A DNA stretch of 63,065 nt from Moniliella sp. 'wahieum' (lineage: Eukaryota), in assembly GCA_003971905.1 (NCBI GenBank), contig RSEE01000116.1:124001-187065 (forward strand), read 5' to 3'. The position numbers and the translations under genes are program-made. The first letter of the stretch is position 1. The number at the start of each line of letters is the position of its first letter. Of the stretch, positions 12,263 through 24,691 are shown piece by piece. A model generated the notes under the pieces. That model did no database searches. It saw nothing but the letters and a program-made list of their open reading frames with translations, and was not told the origin of the DNA.

Positions 12263-13082
12263 TCAAAAGTCCAGCCGCATCGCATATGCATCTTCGCCGT
12301 CGGCGTCTGGACAAGGAGGAAAGAAAAGAAAAAAGAAAACGGAGAATCGAAAACAGAAACGATAAGAGAAGAAAAGAGTAGGTTGGGTCAGTGCCTGTCG
12401 CTCATAGCTCGTTCAAGAGGAAGGGGAAGGGCGAAAGCAATTGGCAAAGAGGAATAACCCCCTCGTACTTCGCCTGGTAACCCCTCCCTCCCTCCGGTGC
12501 AGTACGTCCCCGCCCGCTCAACGTTCGGACGTGCGTCTGCTTGGGAGAGCGGTGCAGGGGGGGGGGGGAACGTCAACGTACAGTAACCCTTCTCCACTCC
12601 GCCCGGCTTGAAGCCGAGTGCGTCGCGGTACAAGCCAATCGCTGCCCGGTTGGTTTCTCGCACATGCAACGTGACGTACTTGGCATCAAACACCTCCTTC
12701 ATCGCTCGTTCTATGCCGTGTCAGCTCCGGTGCCCATCAGCTGAACGGGGAAACAGGGGTGAACCCATGGGAGGAGAGGGGAGGGGGACGTACGACTTTG
12801 GCGCATGAGTTTCTGCGCAATGCCCAGCCGGCGGTACGTCCTCAACACCGAGATGGAGGTGACGTGGCCATGCGGGATACCATCTTCCGGGTTCTCATCC
12901 ATCTTGCCCAAGATGTACCCGACAATCTTGCCCGTCTCGGGGTCCTCGGCGACGTAGGTGAGCTGCGGCCAGGTCAGCGCATGGTACAGGTAGTACTGCA
13001 TCGTGTAGTTCTCAGGCAGGTCGTGCAGGTTCACGTCCTGGCACCCGGCCATGTCCTTCACGGTGGCCTCGCGGATGTTCAT
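12263..13082 (-). CDS. ARD1: NatA N-terminal acetyltransferase catalytic subunit (Ard1/Naa10), 3 exons
   Basis: [59 protein letters not shown]. Introns 12711-12793 and 12307-12581; last exon [14 protein letters not shown]. Confidence 0.95.
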
Positions 13083-13375
13083 CGTGCGCGGTGGCGGTGG
13101 CGATGGTGGTGGTGGTGGTTGTGCTGCTGTGGTGGTGTGGTAGTCGGGGGGGAAGGCCGGGCGAGGGCCAACACGCCAGACGGAACGTTTGGTCGTTTCA
13201 TCCTTTCAGCCCATTTCGTCCGCCTGGCCGCCCACTGGGCCACTCGTGTCGATGCAAACCGCACCCACTAATTTTTTTTGCTGGCCCCCGTTGCCCCCGC
13301 CGCCCCGCCGCCCCCGCCCCCCACCCGCCACCACCACCAGCCCCCCGCGTTGGACACTGGAAGGGGAAGCGAGCC

Positions 13376-16300
13376 ATGGCGCTCAACGTCAAGCAGTTCG
13401 GAAGCACCAATGTGCGGTGCGTGACGCTGATTGGCCATGTGGACCACGGCAAGTCGTCCTATGCCGACTCGCTGCTGGCCGCCAACGGGATCATTAGTTC
13501 GCGCATGGCGGGCCAGGTGCGGTACCTGGATGCGCGCGAGGACGAGCAAGAGCGCGGGATCACGATGGAAGCAAGTGCGGTGAGTCTTGTGTTCAAGCTG
13601 CGCAAACATGCTGCTTTGACTGCCCGCTCGCACGACGCTCCGTCCGGGGCAGATGCCAAGGCGGAGGCCAAGGCCAAGGCAGAGCCCGACCCGGTCGAGG
13701 TGGAGGACTACATGATCAACCTCATCGATACCCCGGGCCATGTCGACTTCTCCTCCGAGGTGTCTTCGGCGAGCAGGCTGTGCGATGGCGCACTGGTGAT
13801 TGTGGATGTGGTCGAGGGCGTCTGCACGCAGACTATCACGGTGCTGCGGCAAGCATGGACAGATCGGTTGCGGCCCATCTTGGTGCTCAACAAGATGGAC
13901 CGGTTGGTGACTGACTTGCGCCTTACCCCGACTGAGGCGTACCACCACCTGACCCAGGTGCTGGAGAATGTGAATGCAGTCATGGGTTCTTTCTTTGCGT
14001 CGGAGCGGATGGAGGTGGACGAGCGGTGGCACGAGGAGCGCGACAAGCGTCTTGCCGCCCGCCGCGACACGGCTGTTGCCGAGCCCGAGGAAGAGACCGA
14101 GCCGGCGTTTGAGGAACTGAACGACGAAGACATTTACTTTGACCCGGCGCGCGGAAACGTGATTTTTGCCAGTGCGATCGACAACTGGGCGTTCCGGCTG
14201 GAGCGGTTCAGTGTCTTGTATGCCAAAAAGCTCGGGATCGAGGAGGCGCGTTTCCGCAAAGTGTTGTGGGGCGACTACTTTTTCGACCCCAAGGCCAAGC
14301 GCGTACTCACCCTCAAGCAAAAGGAAAAGGAAAACGTAACTTGAAGCCCATGTTTGTCCAGTTTGTCCTGGAAAACCTCTGGGCCGTGTACGAGTCGATG
14401 GTTGTCGATCGCGACCAGGAGAAGATCGAGAAGATTGTCAAGACGTTGGGGATCAAGGTCCTGCCGCGCGACCTGCGCGCCAAAGATACCTCGGCCTTGC
14501 GTACCACCGTCTTCTCCCAATGGCTGCTCTCGCCGCTTGCACATTCAGTGCCGTGGTGTCCAACGTGCCTTCGCCGCAAGCGCAGGCCTACCGCGTGCCC
14601 AAGATCCTCCAGCCCGACCTGCCCTACTTCACCACCCCCGAGCAGCTTGCGCCCAAGACCGACGTGGAGAAGGACATGTTTGCCTCCCATGCCGGGCCCG
14701 CCGCGTACGGCGTGGCGTACGTGAGCAAGATGTTTGCTGTGCCGGCGCAGGACATGCCCGAGGCTAAGAAACGCCCGCTCACCGCGGCCGAGATGCGGGC
14801 CAAGGCACAAGAAGCACGCGAACGTGCGCGTGCCATCTCGGCTGCTACGGGCGCAGCGGTGGCAGACAAGCCGACGGAGTCCACAGAGCAGAACGGGACC
14901 CGGGGCATCGACTTGGAGGCCCACGGCGCTGTGCCCGCTGCCACAGCAAGAGACGCAAACCCGACCCGCCGCCAACGGGGGAGGTGCTAATGGGCTTTGC
15001 CCGGCTCTATAGCGGTACGCTCCAAGCCGGCCAGGCGATCCTTGCTGTCCTGCCCAAGTACCGCCCCGAGCTCGGTCCGCGCCACCCCGCCAACGCGCGC
15101 CACCTCAAGCGCGCCACCGTCGAGGCACTGTACATGCTCATGGGCCGGGAACTGGTGGCGGTGCGCGAGGTGCCAGCCGGCAACGTGTTTGGTATTCGTG
15201 GTTTGGACGGTACCGTCTTGCGCAACGCTACGCTCTTTGCGCCGCCGCCCTCGGCCGGCTATGCCGACTTGGACGCCTACCTCGATGCTCCATCAGCCGT
15301 GACGCAGCAGATTGTCAACTTGTCCACCGTCACCTCCTCGGCCGCGCCCATTGTGCGGGTAGCGTTGGAGCCTGTGAATCCTTGTGCGTATCTCTGAGTC
15401 CCTTATTTTGTGGGTGGTGGAGCGGGGCAGAGACTGACCTTGTGACGATCAAAACCAACCAACGAACCAACCAACGAACCCAGCCGAGATCCCCAAGCTG
15501 GTCGAGGGCCTCAAGCTACTGAACCAGTCGGATCCGTGTGTGCAGGTGTTGGTGCAGGAGACGGGAGAACATGTGATCATCGGTGCTGGGGAACTGCATG
15601 TGGAACGGTGCGTGCGCGACTTGGAGGAACGCTTTGCCAAGATCAAGATCCAAGTCTCGCCGCCGATTGTGCCCTTTCGTGAGACGGCGGTCAAGGCGGC
15701 CGACATGGCTGCGCCCAAGACCGAAGGCGCCCAACGCGGTACGGTACGTGGCAGCGTGGTGAATGGACTGGTGCAGTTCCAGTTACGTGCCGTGCCGCTT
15801 CCCACGACCGTAACCGACTTTTTGCTCAAGCACGCAGCCTCGATCCAACTCATGCTCCGTCGCGCCCTGCACGGCATGGAGGTCGGAGAGCAAGAGGACG
15901 AGACAGAGGCCGAGGGCGAGGCTAAGGCTGCCGTCTCTCTCGCCGCGGGTGGCGGGGAACGTCTACTGGACCCCGAGGGCTTGTGGAGTGCCTTCCACGC
16001 CGTTCTTGCCGCGCTTCGCGAGCCCGAATGGAAAGGCGTGGCAGAACAGATTTGGGCACTGGGGCCGAAACAGGTAGGACCCAACTTGCTCATTGACCGG
16101 TCTGGCGTGCATCCGCTCGGCCTCAAGGCTCGCACTCTCAAGGACCCCACGGGCTTGTCCGATGCGCTGGACACGGTGCATCTCGGCGCCGAGGCAGGCC
16201 CATCCCAGTCCGTGCCGTGACTGATGCGGTGGAAGCGGGGTGGCAGATGGCCATGCAGGCGGGCCCGATGGCGGCCGAACCGGTGCAGGGCATGGCGTAT

Positions 16301-16850
16301 TTCCTCGAAAAGGTCGAGGTGGAGCAGGGGGAGGAAGGTGCGCATGTGCCGCTGGCCCAGGTCGCTGGCCAAGTGCTCTCGGCTGTGCGGGAGGCGTCGC
16401 GGCAGCGCTGCTGGACTGGTCGCCTCGGCTGATGCTGGCCATGTATTCGTGCGACATCCAGGCATCGACAGAGGTGCTGGGCAAGGTGCATGCGGTCCTT
16501 GCCCGTCGCCGCGGTCGCATCACCAGCGAGGAAATGAAGGAGGGCACCTCCTTCTTCACTGTCGGCGCGCTCCTGCCCGTGGTGGAGAGCTTTGGGTTTG
16601 CAGATGAGATCCGCAAGCGCACCTCGGGCAACGCGTCGCCGCAGCTGGTCTTTGCGGGCTTTGAGCTGTTCGACCTCGACCCGTTCTGGGTGCCGCGGAC
16701 TGAAGACGAGCTGGAGAGCTCGGGGAAAAGGGCGACCGGGAAAACCTGGCGGAGCGGTACATGAACCAGGTGCGCCGCCGCAAGGGCTTGACCGTCAAGA
16801 AGCGCATTGTCGAGGCGGCCGACAAGCAGCGCACACTCAAGTCCAACTAA
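13376..16850 (+). CDS. RIA1: Elongation factor-like GTPase 1 (60S maturation factor Efl1/Ria1)
   Basis: [88 protein letters not shown] and [14 protein letters not shown]. Intron 15384-15483; several indels. Confidence 0.95.
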
Positions 16851-17025
16851 GCTAATCCATCCACCTGCGCCTGCTGCTCTCTTCTCTCTCTTGCTCTCTC
16901 TCTCTCTTTCCCCTTCTGTTCCGGGAGGCCTGCCGGTCTGTTTACTTTATGAAGGAAATACACTTGCTTGATTGAAAGGGGCATCCTAGCAGCACGTGCA
17001 CGCGGGCGGAAGGGAGGCGGAGGAT

Positions 17026-17544
17026 TTATTCCTCGGCGGGGTAGTGTTTACCTAGCAAACACGCGGGGGTCAGCAAGCAGCAGGGAGGGCAGACGCGCAG
17101 ACGCAAGGAAAACATACTTGGGGTTGAAGAAGAGGCTCTGCGGGCCCCAGGGGAAGTCGTGGGCCTTGTGGTTGAGGTGCTCGTACTTGGGGCGCGGGGG
17201 CACGCCGCCGTTCTCAGCGAGCTCGTGCTCGTGGTGCTTGGCGTGGGCCAGCTCCTTGCCGCCAAAGTAGAAGATGGCCGAGGTGACGGCGGGGACGGCG
17301 ACAAAGAAGGTGATCTTGGCCCAGAGCTTGCCGAGTGGGCGGCGTGGCCGACGTACTGCTCCTGGTGCTTGTTGAAGGCGGCGGCCTTGGCGGGTCGGGG
17401 GGGACAAAGCCAAAGTACTCCTGCGGGATGGGTGCGCCGGGGGGGAACTCCTTGATGGGGGCGGAGTGGGCGAGGCGGGCCCGCGCGTGGCGGTGCGGGT
17501 GGCGGTGCGGGCGGCGGGCGGGTGGCGGCGAGCGGGAGGAGCAT
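17026..17544 (-). CDS. COX13: Cytochrome c oxidase subunit VIa (Cox13)
   Basis: HAAHS..LWAKITFFVAVPAV...HAKHHEHE...YEHLNHKAHDFPWGPQSLFFNPK. Intron about 17052-17117. Confidence 0.9.
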   Translation of the reverse strand: MLLPLAATRPPPAPPPAPPRAGPPRPLRPHQGVPPRRTHPAGVLWLCPPRPAKAAAFNKHQEQYVGHAAHSASSGPRSPSLSPSPPSPRPSSTLAARSWPTPSTTSTSSLRTAACPRAPSTSTSTTRPTTSPGARRASSSTPSMFSLRLRVCPPCCLLTPACLLGKHYPAEE

Positions 17545-17836
17545 GGCGGTGGTGCTGGTGGTGGTGTGGTGGTGTGCTGGTGGTGCGGCTACTCCAGAGT
17601 CCGTCTGTCCGTCCGTCGGCAGCACCCCAAGTGGGCTGCTTTTGCGTTCGGCGGCCGCCGCTTGCCGGGCCCCCCCGCCGACACTCGCCCCGTGCCGCCA
17701 GCGCTGCCGGCCGTGCTGGATTAGTAAACGGCATCCAACCCCCAGCCGCGGTGATCTGCCGTTCCGCCTGTTCCGCCCGGCTGTTTCCTCTGGGCTCCAC
17801 GTTACAGACGCACCTGAGCCACAAAACCACAGCTAT

Positions 17837-19950
17837 CTATAACACGCACGGACGTAAGAACACTGGCAGCATCGCATCTTCAGTCCATGCATTCTCACAC
17901 TCGGCGGTGCGCGGTGGCGGTGGACCTGGTGCATCAGACTCAGGAACGCCGCCTCGCCTGCCGCGGCTGGCTTGGTGGCTGCTGTTGCTGCTGGTGACGC
18001 TGCTGCTGGTGGTGGTGGTAGTGCTGCTGCTGCTGCTTGGCCCATGGGAGCACGCGTGGCAGCGGCCCGCCCCGCCTCCGGGCGTGCGGCCCTCTTGGCT
18101 GTGCCCTGGGCGCGGCTCGGGCGCGGCGTGTGCTCCGTGACGAGCATCTGGACAAACTGGCCAGGGTACGGCACTGGCCTGCCTCGCTACTGCGCGCATG
18201 CGCCACGTGGAACGCCTCCTGCACCACCAACAGTCGCTGCAGATGCGCATGTAGCTCCGCCAAGCCTTCGCCGACCCGCTACGGCCGCAGCAAACGCACC
18301 GCTTCGACGGCCCGTTGGAGCGACGGGAGGTCCACCACTTGCTCTTCCCGCTCCTCCCGCTCCTCCCGCTCCGCACGCTCCGCACGCTCCGCGACGTACG
18401 CGCGCATACTCCTCCCCCCACGCGGGCGATCGAGCTGGGCCAAGGCGGCTGCACAGGGGTGCGCGCGCATAGGACCAACAATGGCCAGGAAGAGGTTCTT
18501 GGGGCCCTCGGCGCGCGGCCGCTTGGGAGAGCGTGGGAAGTAGCAGTCCCGGCGCGCCCACTTTGCGCTTTTGCGGCGAGGGACTCGCGTCGGCAATGGT
18601 GTTCTGTCGTCCGGTACGCAGGGATGGGGACGCGTCTGGACTGGCAAGCTGCAGTGCCGCTTTGGGCGAAGGAGGTGACGCTACAGAACCAGACATGGTC
18701 CATGGTTCGGCGCAAGCTACCGACCACATCGCTGTCGCCTGCTGCCGCTGGTTGCGCATCGCTCCAACCGTCGTCGCACCGTGTCCGTTTGCGCGGCCGT
18801 GGCCGTGTGCGTCCGGTTCCTGTTTCCGGTTGCGCCGCGGGCGCGGGAGGAGCCAGAGGCTCGGCCACGAGAGTGCTGAGGACCGAGTGCCTTGCGTGAC
18901 TGCATCCCCCGTGCCTGTAGTGGCAGTGACTTGCGTATCGGCGCGCGTAGGGTCTCTCCTCTGCTGGGGCAGGCAAGATCGTAGTAGGAGAGCAAGCCAG
19001 GCGACTCGACACGGGCGTCGTTCCCGCGTCCTGGTCCTGGGTCGACGGGGGAAGACGAGACGAGGTCTGGACATCTTCGTCCGGCCGGGCTGGGTGCGGG
19101 GAGTGAGGTAGAGGCGGAGTTGGGGGCGATAGGGGCTGCGGGTCACGCTGCTGAGACGACTGGGGCGTAGACTGGGGCAGCTCCGGCTCCGCCTCCGCCT
19201 CCGCGTCCGGCTCCAGCTGCGATGGCGACGACTGAGACGACGCAAGCGGGGGTGCGGGGCGACGCGGGCGATTGGTAGGCGCAACACGGCGCGCTCAGCC
19301 TTTTCGGCGGCGGCTTGCTGGGCTAGGCGCTCCAACGTGCTTAACATGCCGCTTGCGCCCGCTACCCCCGCGTAGCGGATGGAGCCAGGTGCCTCGTGGC
19401 GACGGCCCGCGTTCGGGGGGAGGGGCAGGCCAGCGTGCGGGGCCAGGCCCAGCTGGGTCGCAGTGGCGGTGGCGGTGGCGGGCGAAGGAAGCTGGTGCGA
19501 GCCGGCGGGGGAGCGATGGAGGAGCGAGTGGGGGCGGGGGCGGTGGGCGGGGTACGGTGGAATGGAAGTGGAGCGGTGGCCGGGGCGGTGGGCTCGCTGG
19601 CCAGGTCGGCATGCACCACCACCACCTCGCGGTCGCGCAGGAAGGCAGTGCGTCTTCGCAGATCTCCAGCGCTCGTCGGCGAGCGTGAGGCGGAGCGGCG
19701 CCTGGGCCGGCAGCGCAAACAGCACGCGTGCTTGGCGCGCAGCTCGTCGGCGGTGCTGGCAGGGCGGTGAGGAAGGTCTTGGCGGTGGTGAGGGTCCCGC
19801 GCAGCTGGACGCCTGCACGCCGCGCCCGCTGCGCGACGAGGACGACGAGACGAAGGCCGCATCGGGGGGGACGCCGGCGGTGGTGGTGTGCGCCCAGGCC
19901 TGGCGGTGCTGCTGGCGCCCGTCGGCCCGCCCGCGTCGCGTCGCGTCGGG
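17837..19950 (-). CDS. Hypothetical protein (low complexity; possible N-terminal beta-grasp-like segment and Cys/His motifs)
   Basis: Coding-like fragments in several frames (LEICEDALPFLRDREVVVVHAD; AEREEREEREEQVVDLPSLQRAV; ERPYA..CHYRHGG; RICSDC). The protein cannot be assembled reliably. Confidence 0.35.
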
Positions 19951-20172
19951 CGCGTCGCGTGGGCGCGCCAGCGGCAGGCGTGATTGCAATTTTCACTTCT
20001 ATTCCGAGTTCCGCGCGATGCTATCGCATATCACACTGATACTGACGTCTCGCTCGTCTATCCAAGGGCGCGGCAGCGGGCAGCAATAAGCATGGATGGT
20101 ATGAAGCAGCACAGCGCTCCAGGCCCAGCCGTTTTGGGACACAACACAACACACGAGAGCACCACACAGCGC

Positions 20173-21544
20173 CTACTCGTCCTCGGCAAACGCCCCCGGC
20201 GGCAGCTCCCCCGGGTGCTCCTTCTCCCACTCGGCCACCTCGTGCGCCGCCGCGTTCTGCGCCGTGCCAATGTAGATCAGGTCGATCAGCACGCTCGTCG
20301 ACACGGCCAGCATCAGCAGCGCCGACAGCAAGAAGACCCTTGCGTTCCTCGGGGTTGAACGGGCGCGGGAGCGCGCCCGGGTGGAAGCGGAACTCGGTTT
20401 GGCCCTGCGCCGTCTTGACCGGGTCGACAGCGACCATGTAGCCGTCGGGGAAGAGCGAGTAGAAGTGCTTGCTGGCCTTGTCAAAGACGACGACGGCATG
20501 GGCCAGCACAGCGGGGGGCACCCCGGCTTGCTGCAAAAACCGTCTGCGGCGTGACATACTTCTCTTCCAAATCCGTCTCCTCGCGCGCCGTCAGGCCAGC
20601 GTCGGCCACGGGGCTGTGGACCTTGTCCTCCTCCACCACCTGGTGCACCGCAGGCGGCTTGACTGTCTTGGGCGTCTCGGGCACAGCGTGCAGGAGGGAT
20701 CGCAGAGGGAATCACCGCCGGGGCCGAAACGGTCTTGGGCTTGGCAGGGAAGGGGATCTGAATGTTGAACGTCTCTGGCGCCTGCTTCAGTGCCCGCGGC
20801 GGCATCCCAGGCGCATTTTCCCCGGCCTTGCGCAGCTGGTTCCCAGTCGGAGGCACCTGGCCCGACGAAGCCGGCGTCTCGGCAGTGGAGGCTACGACCA
20901 CCTCGGGATCGATGGCCAAGTCCTTGTGCGCAAGGCTGGCGTCAGAAAGCGTCGACGCCTTCTCCTCTTGAGGGGCATCGGGGGGGGGAGGGTGGCCTTT
21001 GGCTTGGCCTCGGGCGCAGAACGGGCGGGCGAAGGCGTGTCTGCGGGGGGGGGCGCGGGTAGGAGCAGGGGTAGGTGCAGGAGCAGGGGTAGGTGCCGAT
21101 GCCGGAGCTGGTGCTGGTGCTGGGGCTGATGCCGTGGCGGGAGCAGACGCCGGTTCGGCGGCCTCTGCCTTCTTGGGTGGGGCGGCTTTCTTGGGGGTGG
21201 GCTTGGGTGCGTCCTTGGGAGACGAGGGCTTGGGCGCGGCCTTGGCCGGGGCCTTGGGCGGCGGCGAGGGCTTGGCGGTGGCCTTGGGCGGGGACTTGGG
21301 CGCGGGCTTGGCCGACTGGTCGGACGCGTCCTTGGCCTTGGGGGCGTTGGCGGCGGCGGCGGGGGCCGCAGCAGCAGCAGCGGCGGCCTTGGGCTTGCGC
21401 TTCTCTTGGCAGCCCAGTCGCTGGCGGAGGAGGAGAGGGTGCGGGCGGCGGGTGTGGGCGTGGGCGTGGGTGCGCGGGGGGCGCGGGCGGCGGGGACGCG
21501 GGGCAGGGCGCGCGCGGTGGCGGCGAGGAGGCGGGGCGGAACAT
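20173..21544 (-). CDS. Probable mitochondrial membrane protein with Pro/Ala/Lys-rich N-terminus and C-terminal TM helix
   Basis: MFR... presequence-like start ending LSSSASDWAAK; long PAK-rich tract; C-terminal ARVFLLSALLMLAVSTSVLIDLIYIG TM segment and acidic end. Divergent from the uL5m gene. Confidence 0.6.
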
Positions 21545-21864
21545 GGTGGGCAGCAGCAGGAGAAGCGCCGACTAACACAAGAGAAGAAGTGAAGTGAAGC
21601 TTGAAGCTTCATTCAAGCGGCTGCCCCATCGGCCAGAAGAGGCTGCGCACCCGCCGGCACTGGCGCCGTGCCCCGCGCCGCTCCCGATCCCACCCGGCGG
21701 CCGCCTGCGATTTGAAATCTGTCGCGCCGAAGAAAAAAAAAGAAGAGGCGCGCACGTGACGCGGCTGCTTCCGCCGGCGGAACCAGCCACGCCGCCTTCT
21801 GGCGCTTCGCCCGCACTTTGCCGCCAATCTTCTTGCCCCGACCAGACGACGCTTCCACCCGGCC

Positions 21865-22976
21865 ATGGCGACCATGCTCGTGCGCGCCCCCGCCACGCCG
21901 CCGGCGTGCCTCGCGCCACACGCCCCCGCCTTCGTTCGCACGCGCGCCCTCGCCACCTCCGCCGCCGCGCGCCTCGACCACGTGTACCCACGCTACGTCA
22001 CCCCCCCCCCGTGCTCCAGATCGGCCCCACCGTGCCCAGCCGGCTCAACGAGGCCTTCCACACCACCCTCTCCCGCGACCTGATGTACATCACCTACGAC
22101 GGCACCACCCTCGAGGACTCCTTCCGCCAGCAGGCCGAGTGGGCCAAGAAGCTCACCCGCACCCTCGACCCCAACAACCCTACTCCAAGAACCATGCGTC
22201 GCCCGGCCTCCGCGGCGTCAGCGCCCTCCCCCCCCACGCCACCGTGCTCAACCCCCGCCACCTCCTCAAGTCGCTCCCCGCCGTGGAGAAGGTCTACATC
22301 CACTGCGTCGTCCAGAGCGCCATCTACCAGAAGGCCAAGCTCGTCCCCGTCATGGCCCAGCTGCGCGCCATCACCGGCCTGCCCATCCTCAAGTCCGCCT
22401 CTCCCCCGACGGCGGCACCAAGGAAACCTTACCGAGGGCTACATTGGCGTCATGCTCGCCAAGCGCAACGTGGCCCGTCGCAAGATCCGTGTGGGCATGC
22501 CCATTGGTGTCGCTGCCGAGCTCAACGGTCCCTTTGCCCTCGAGTTCCTCGACACGCTCGCCACGTGCGTCTTGCCCCGCATGCGCTCCTTCCAGGGCAT
22601 CAAGCTGCCCCCGCCCAGGGCCTACCTCTTGTCCAACTCGGCCATGTCCGGCTCGGTCCAGATCAACCTCGAGGCAGAGGCCATGCCCCTCTTCCCCCAG
22701 ACCGAAGTCAACTGGGACTCTTACCCGGGCACGCCCTTTGGCATTGCAGTACGTTTCTGTTTCTCCTTGGTTTGCGCTCCCCCCCCCCCCCCCCATTCGC
22801 TATGTATGGCTCGTATGGAAGAACTAACCATCCCCCTCTCGTCCGCCTTGCTCAGATCACCATCCAGACCAACCAACGTGGCCCTGGAGGAACCGAAAAG
22901 GCACGCCTTCTTCTCAGTGGAATGGGCTTGCCCTTTGTCCGTCCGGCGATATCGCCTAAGGCGTGGCAACGCGTAG
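21865..22976 (+). CDS. MRPL7: Mitochondrial ribosomal protein uL5m (MrpL7)
   Basis: PSRL..AFHTTLSRDLMY, QLRAITG, KIRVGMPIGVAAELNG..ALEFLDTLATCVLPRMRSFQG, LFPQTEVNWDSYP, ARLLLSGMGLPF. Intron about 22749-22855. Stop approximate. Confidence 0.9.
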
Positions 22977-23840
22977 GACTAATGGATATGCTTGCTATTC
23001 TGCACTCTCGTTTTTGGTTCATGCACATCCATCCATACTCCTCCCGCGCAGCAAATACAGATAGACTCCCAACCGGGCGGGCTCATAACGGGCTCCTTTG
23101 GCCGAGCACCGCCCGCAACCACAACCCCCTCCAGTCGAGCGAGAGAGGCATGGGAGGATAACATGTTTTGCGGCGTTGGGGGGATGATATGCATTAGTAC
23201 CTACCTGGCCTAGCCACGCTCTGCCCCGACGGGCGCAGCCCGCTTTTCTTCTCCCTTTCTACTCGTAACCTCGTTACTGCGCATTGATTTTGGTACCATC
23301 GGATTCGCTCTCGATTATCCTTCTAGCTTTAAGCTTTAACGTTTAACCACCGGCAGGATTAAGATATCTGAGTAGGCAGGGCAATTATATTCGACAAGAG
23401 TGTCAAGAGCCTGTAAGGACGTTAATGACGCGAATGACGCTCTGTTTCGGCCTTTGGCCGGCCTCACCCGAGGCGTCAAGAGAAACCTTCAGAGATGCTT
23501 GAGGCGTATTGGCCCGCCCGCCCCGCCTACTCAGTAATCACTCCCTTTTGTTTGCTTTCCCTGAGCAGCTTGGCTTAGACGGCGCAGCCGTTGGCGCACG
23601 CTCTCTCGATCTCATAAGGCATAAGGCTGCCTTGCTACGTCGATGCGCCGCCCATGAGCAGCTACTGTGCACCTTGCTCGCCACTTAGATGAAGGCAGGA
23701 AGAAATACAAAAGCGTACCAGGACTACAGCCCCTGAATCTGTTAACGATCTCCTCGCCCTATAAAAGGTGTAGCGACGCGCTAAGAGCTCTCTCCGCCCA
23801 ACCGCGCCATTCTTTGCTCCCTACTCCTGTCCCTTCTCAC

Positions 23841-24691
23841 ATGACCACCACAGACATCGACATCCCCCGTCAAGAGGGGAGATACCAAGAGGCCATGATG
23901 GTTGCCGTACTGAACGCCGAGTTGGCACACCCGCGGCCGCGTCCTCGCTGGAATGAAATCATGGGTCCCTCGGTGGTCAACACGTTACCGAGGCTAGAGG
24001 TGACGCGGCAATGCCTGATGTATGAGTTGGTGCAGTTCCAGAACCAGATGGTTATACGGACCTACGCTCCATTTCGGGAATTATAGTTCCAGCCTTGATC
24101 AACGGTGAGGTGCTCACTGACGAGAGTCCTCATCGACCTGGCCGCGCCATGGCGCAACCAGACATTGGGCTGGGAGACCGAACCCAGCGGTTGGCGTTTG
24201 TCGAAGAAGTCTTTGGTCCAGTCTTTCAAATGGAAGAGCAATGTGGTCGTCTGCTCTCGGATCTAACGAGACGCTTCGCCCTGGGAGGTCCGCGGCAAGT
24301 TGTTTCAGGGGTGGGGGATATTGGCGCAAGCGCTCTCGGACCCCAAATTTCAGGAAGCATTTGAAGTGTACGCCCTGTCCTATCGCGCGAGAAAAGCTCG
24401 CATTACCAAGCAAGTTGAGACCAATGCACCCGTCAAAGCACTCTGGGATAAACTGTGTCTCAGCGCCCAGAACTCCGCTTGAATCATTGGAGCGCAACAT
24501 CCCATCAGGGGCCCAGGGCCGATTTCACCTTAGTATCAATCTATGAGTTCTTAATTGGAAGGCTCATCGAAAGTACTACCGACTCGGACGAATTTGACAA
24601 CCTGAGAGAAGCCCGGTCGTTGACAAAGAACATGATGGCGCGGATCGATGCTAATAAGTTCAGGGGCGCTCCCACACCTGGGACCTACTGA
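23841..24691 (+). CDS. Stand-alone, divergent Dbl-homology (RhoGEF) domain protein, Rom1/2-Tus1-like
   Basis: TATAAAA at 23760. Joined frames: RWNEIMGPSVVNTLPRLEVTRQCLMYELVQ...FVEEVFGPVFQMEEQCGRLLSDL...FQEAFEVYALSY...NAPVKALWD...IYEFLIGRLIESTTDSDEFDNLREA...MMARID, following DH helix order. Contains indels and one apparent stop, so it could be a pseudogene. Confidence 0.65.

Noticed and set aside
13268..14320. Long antisense or overlapping ORFs (e.g. 13268-14320, 39096-39773, 20999-21592)
   Set aside because: They are shadow ORFs produced by high GC and codon bias of the real gene on the opposite strand, with no recognisable motifs.
24084..24086. Stop-codon reassignment suggested by the in-frame TAG in the DH gene
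   Set aside because: It is a single instance next to an indel; conserved genes end normally on TAA, TAG and TGA.
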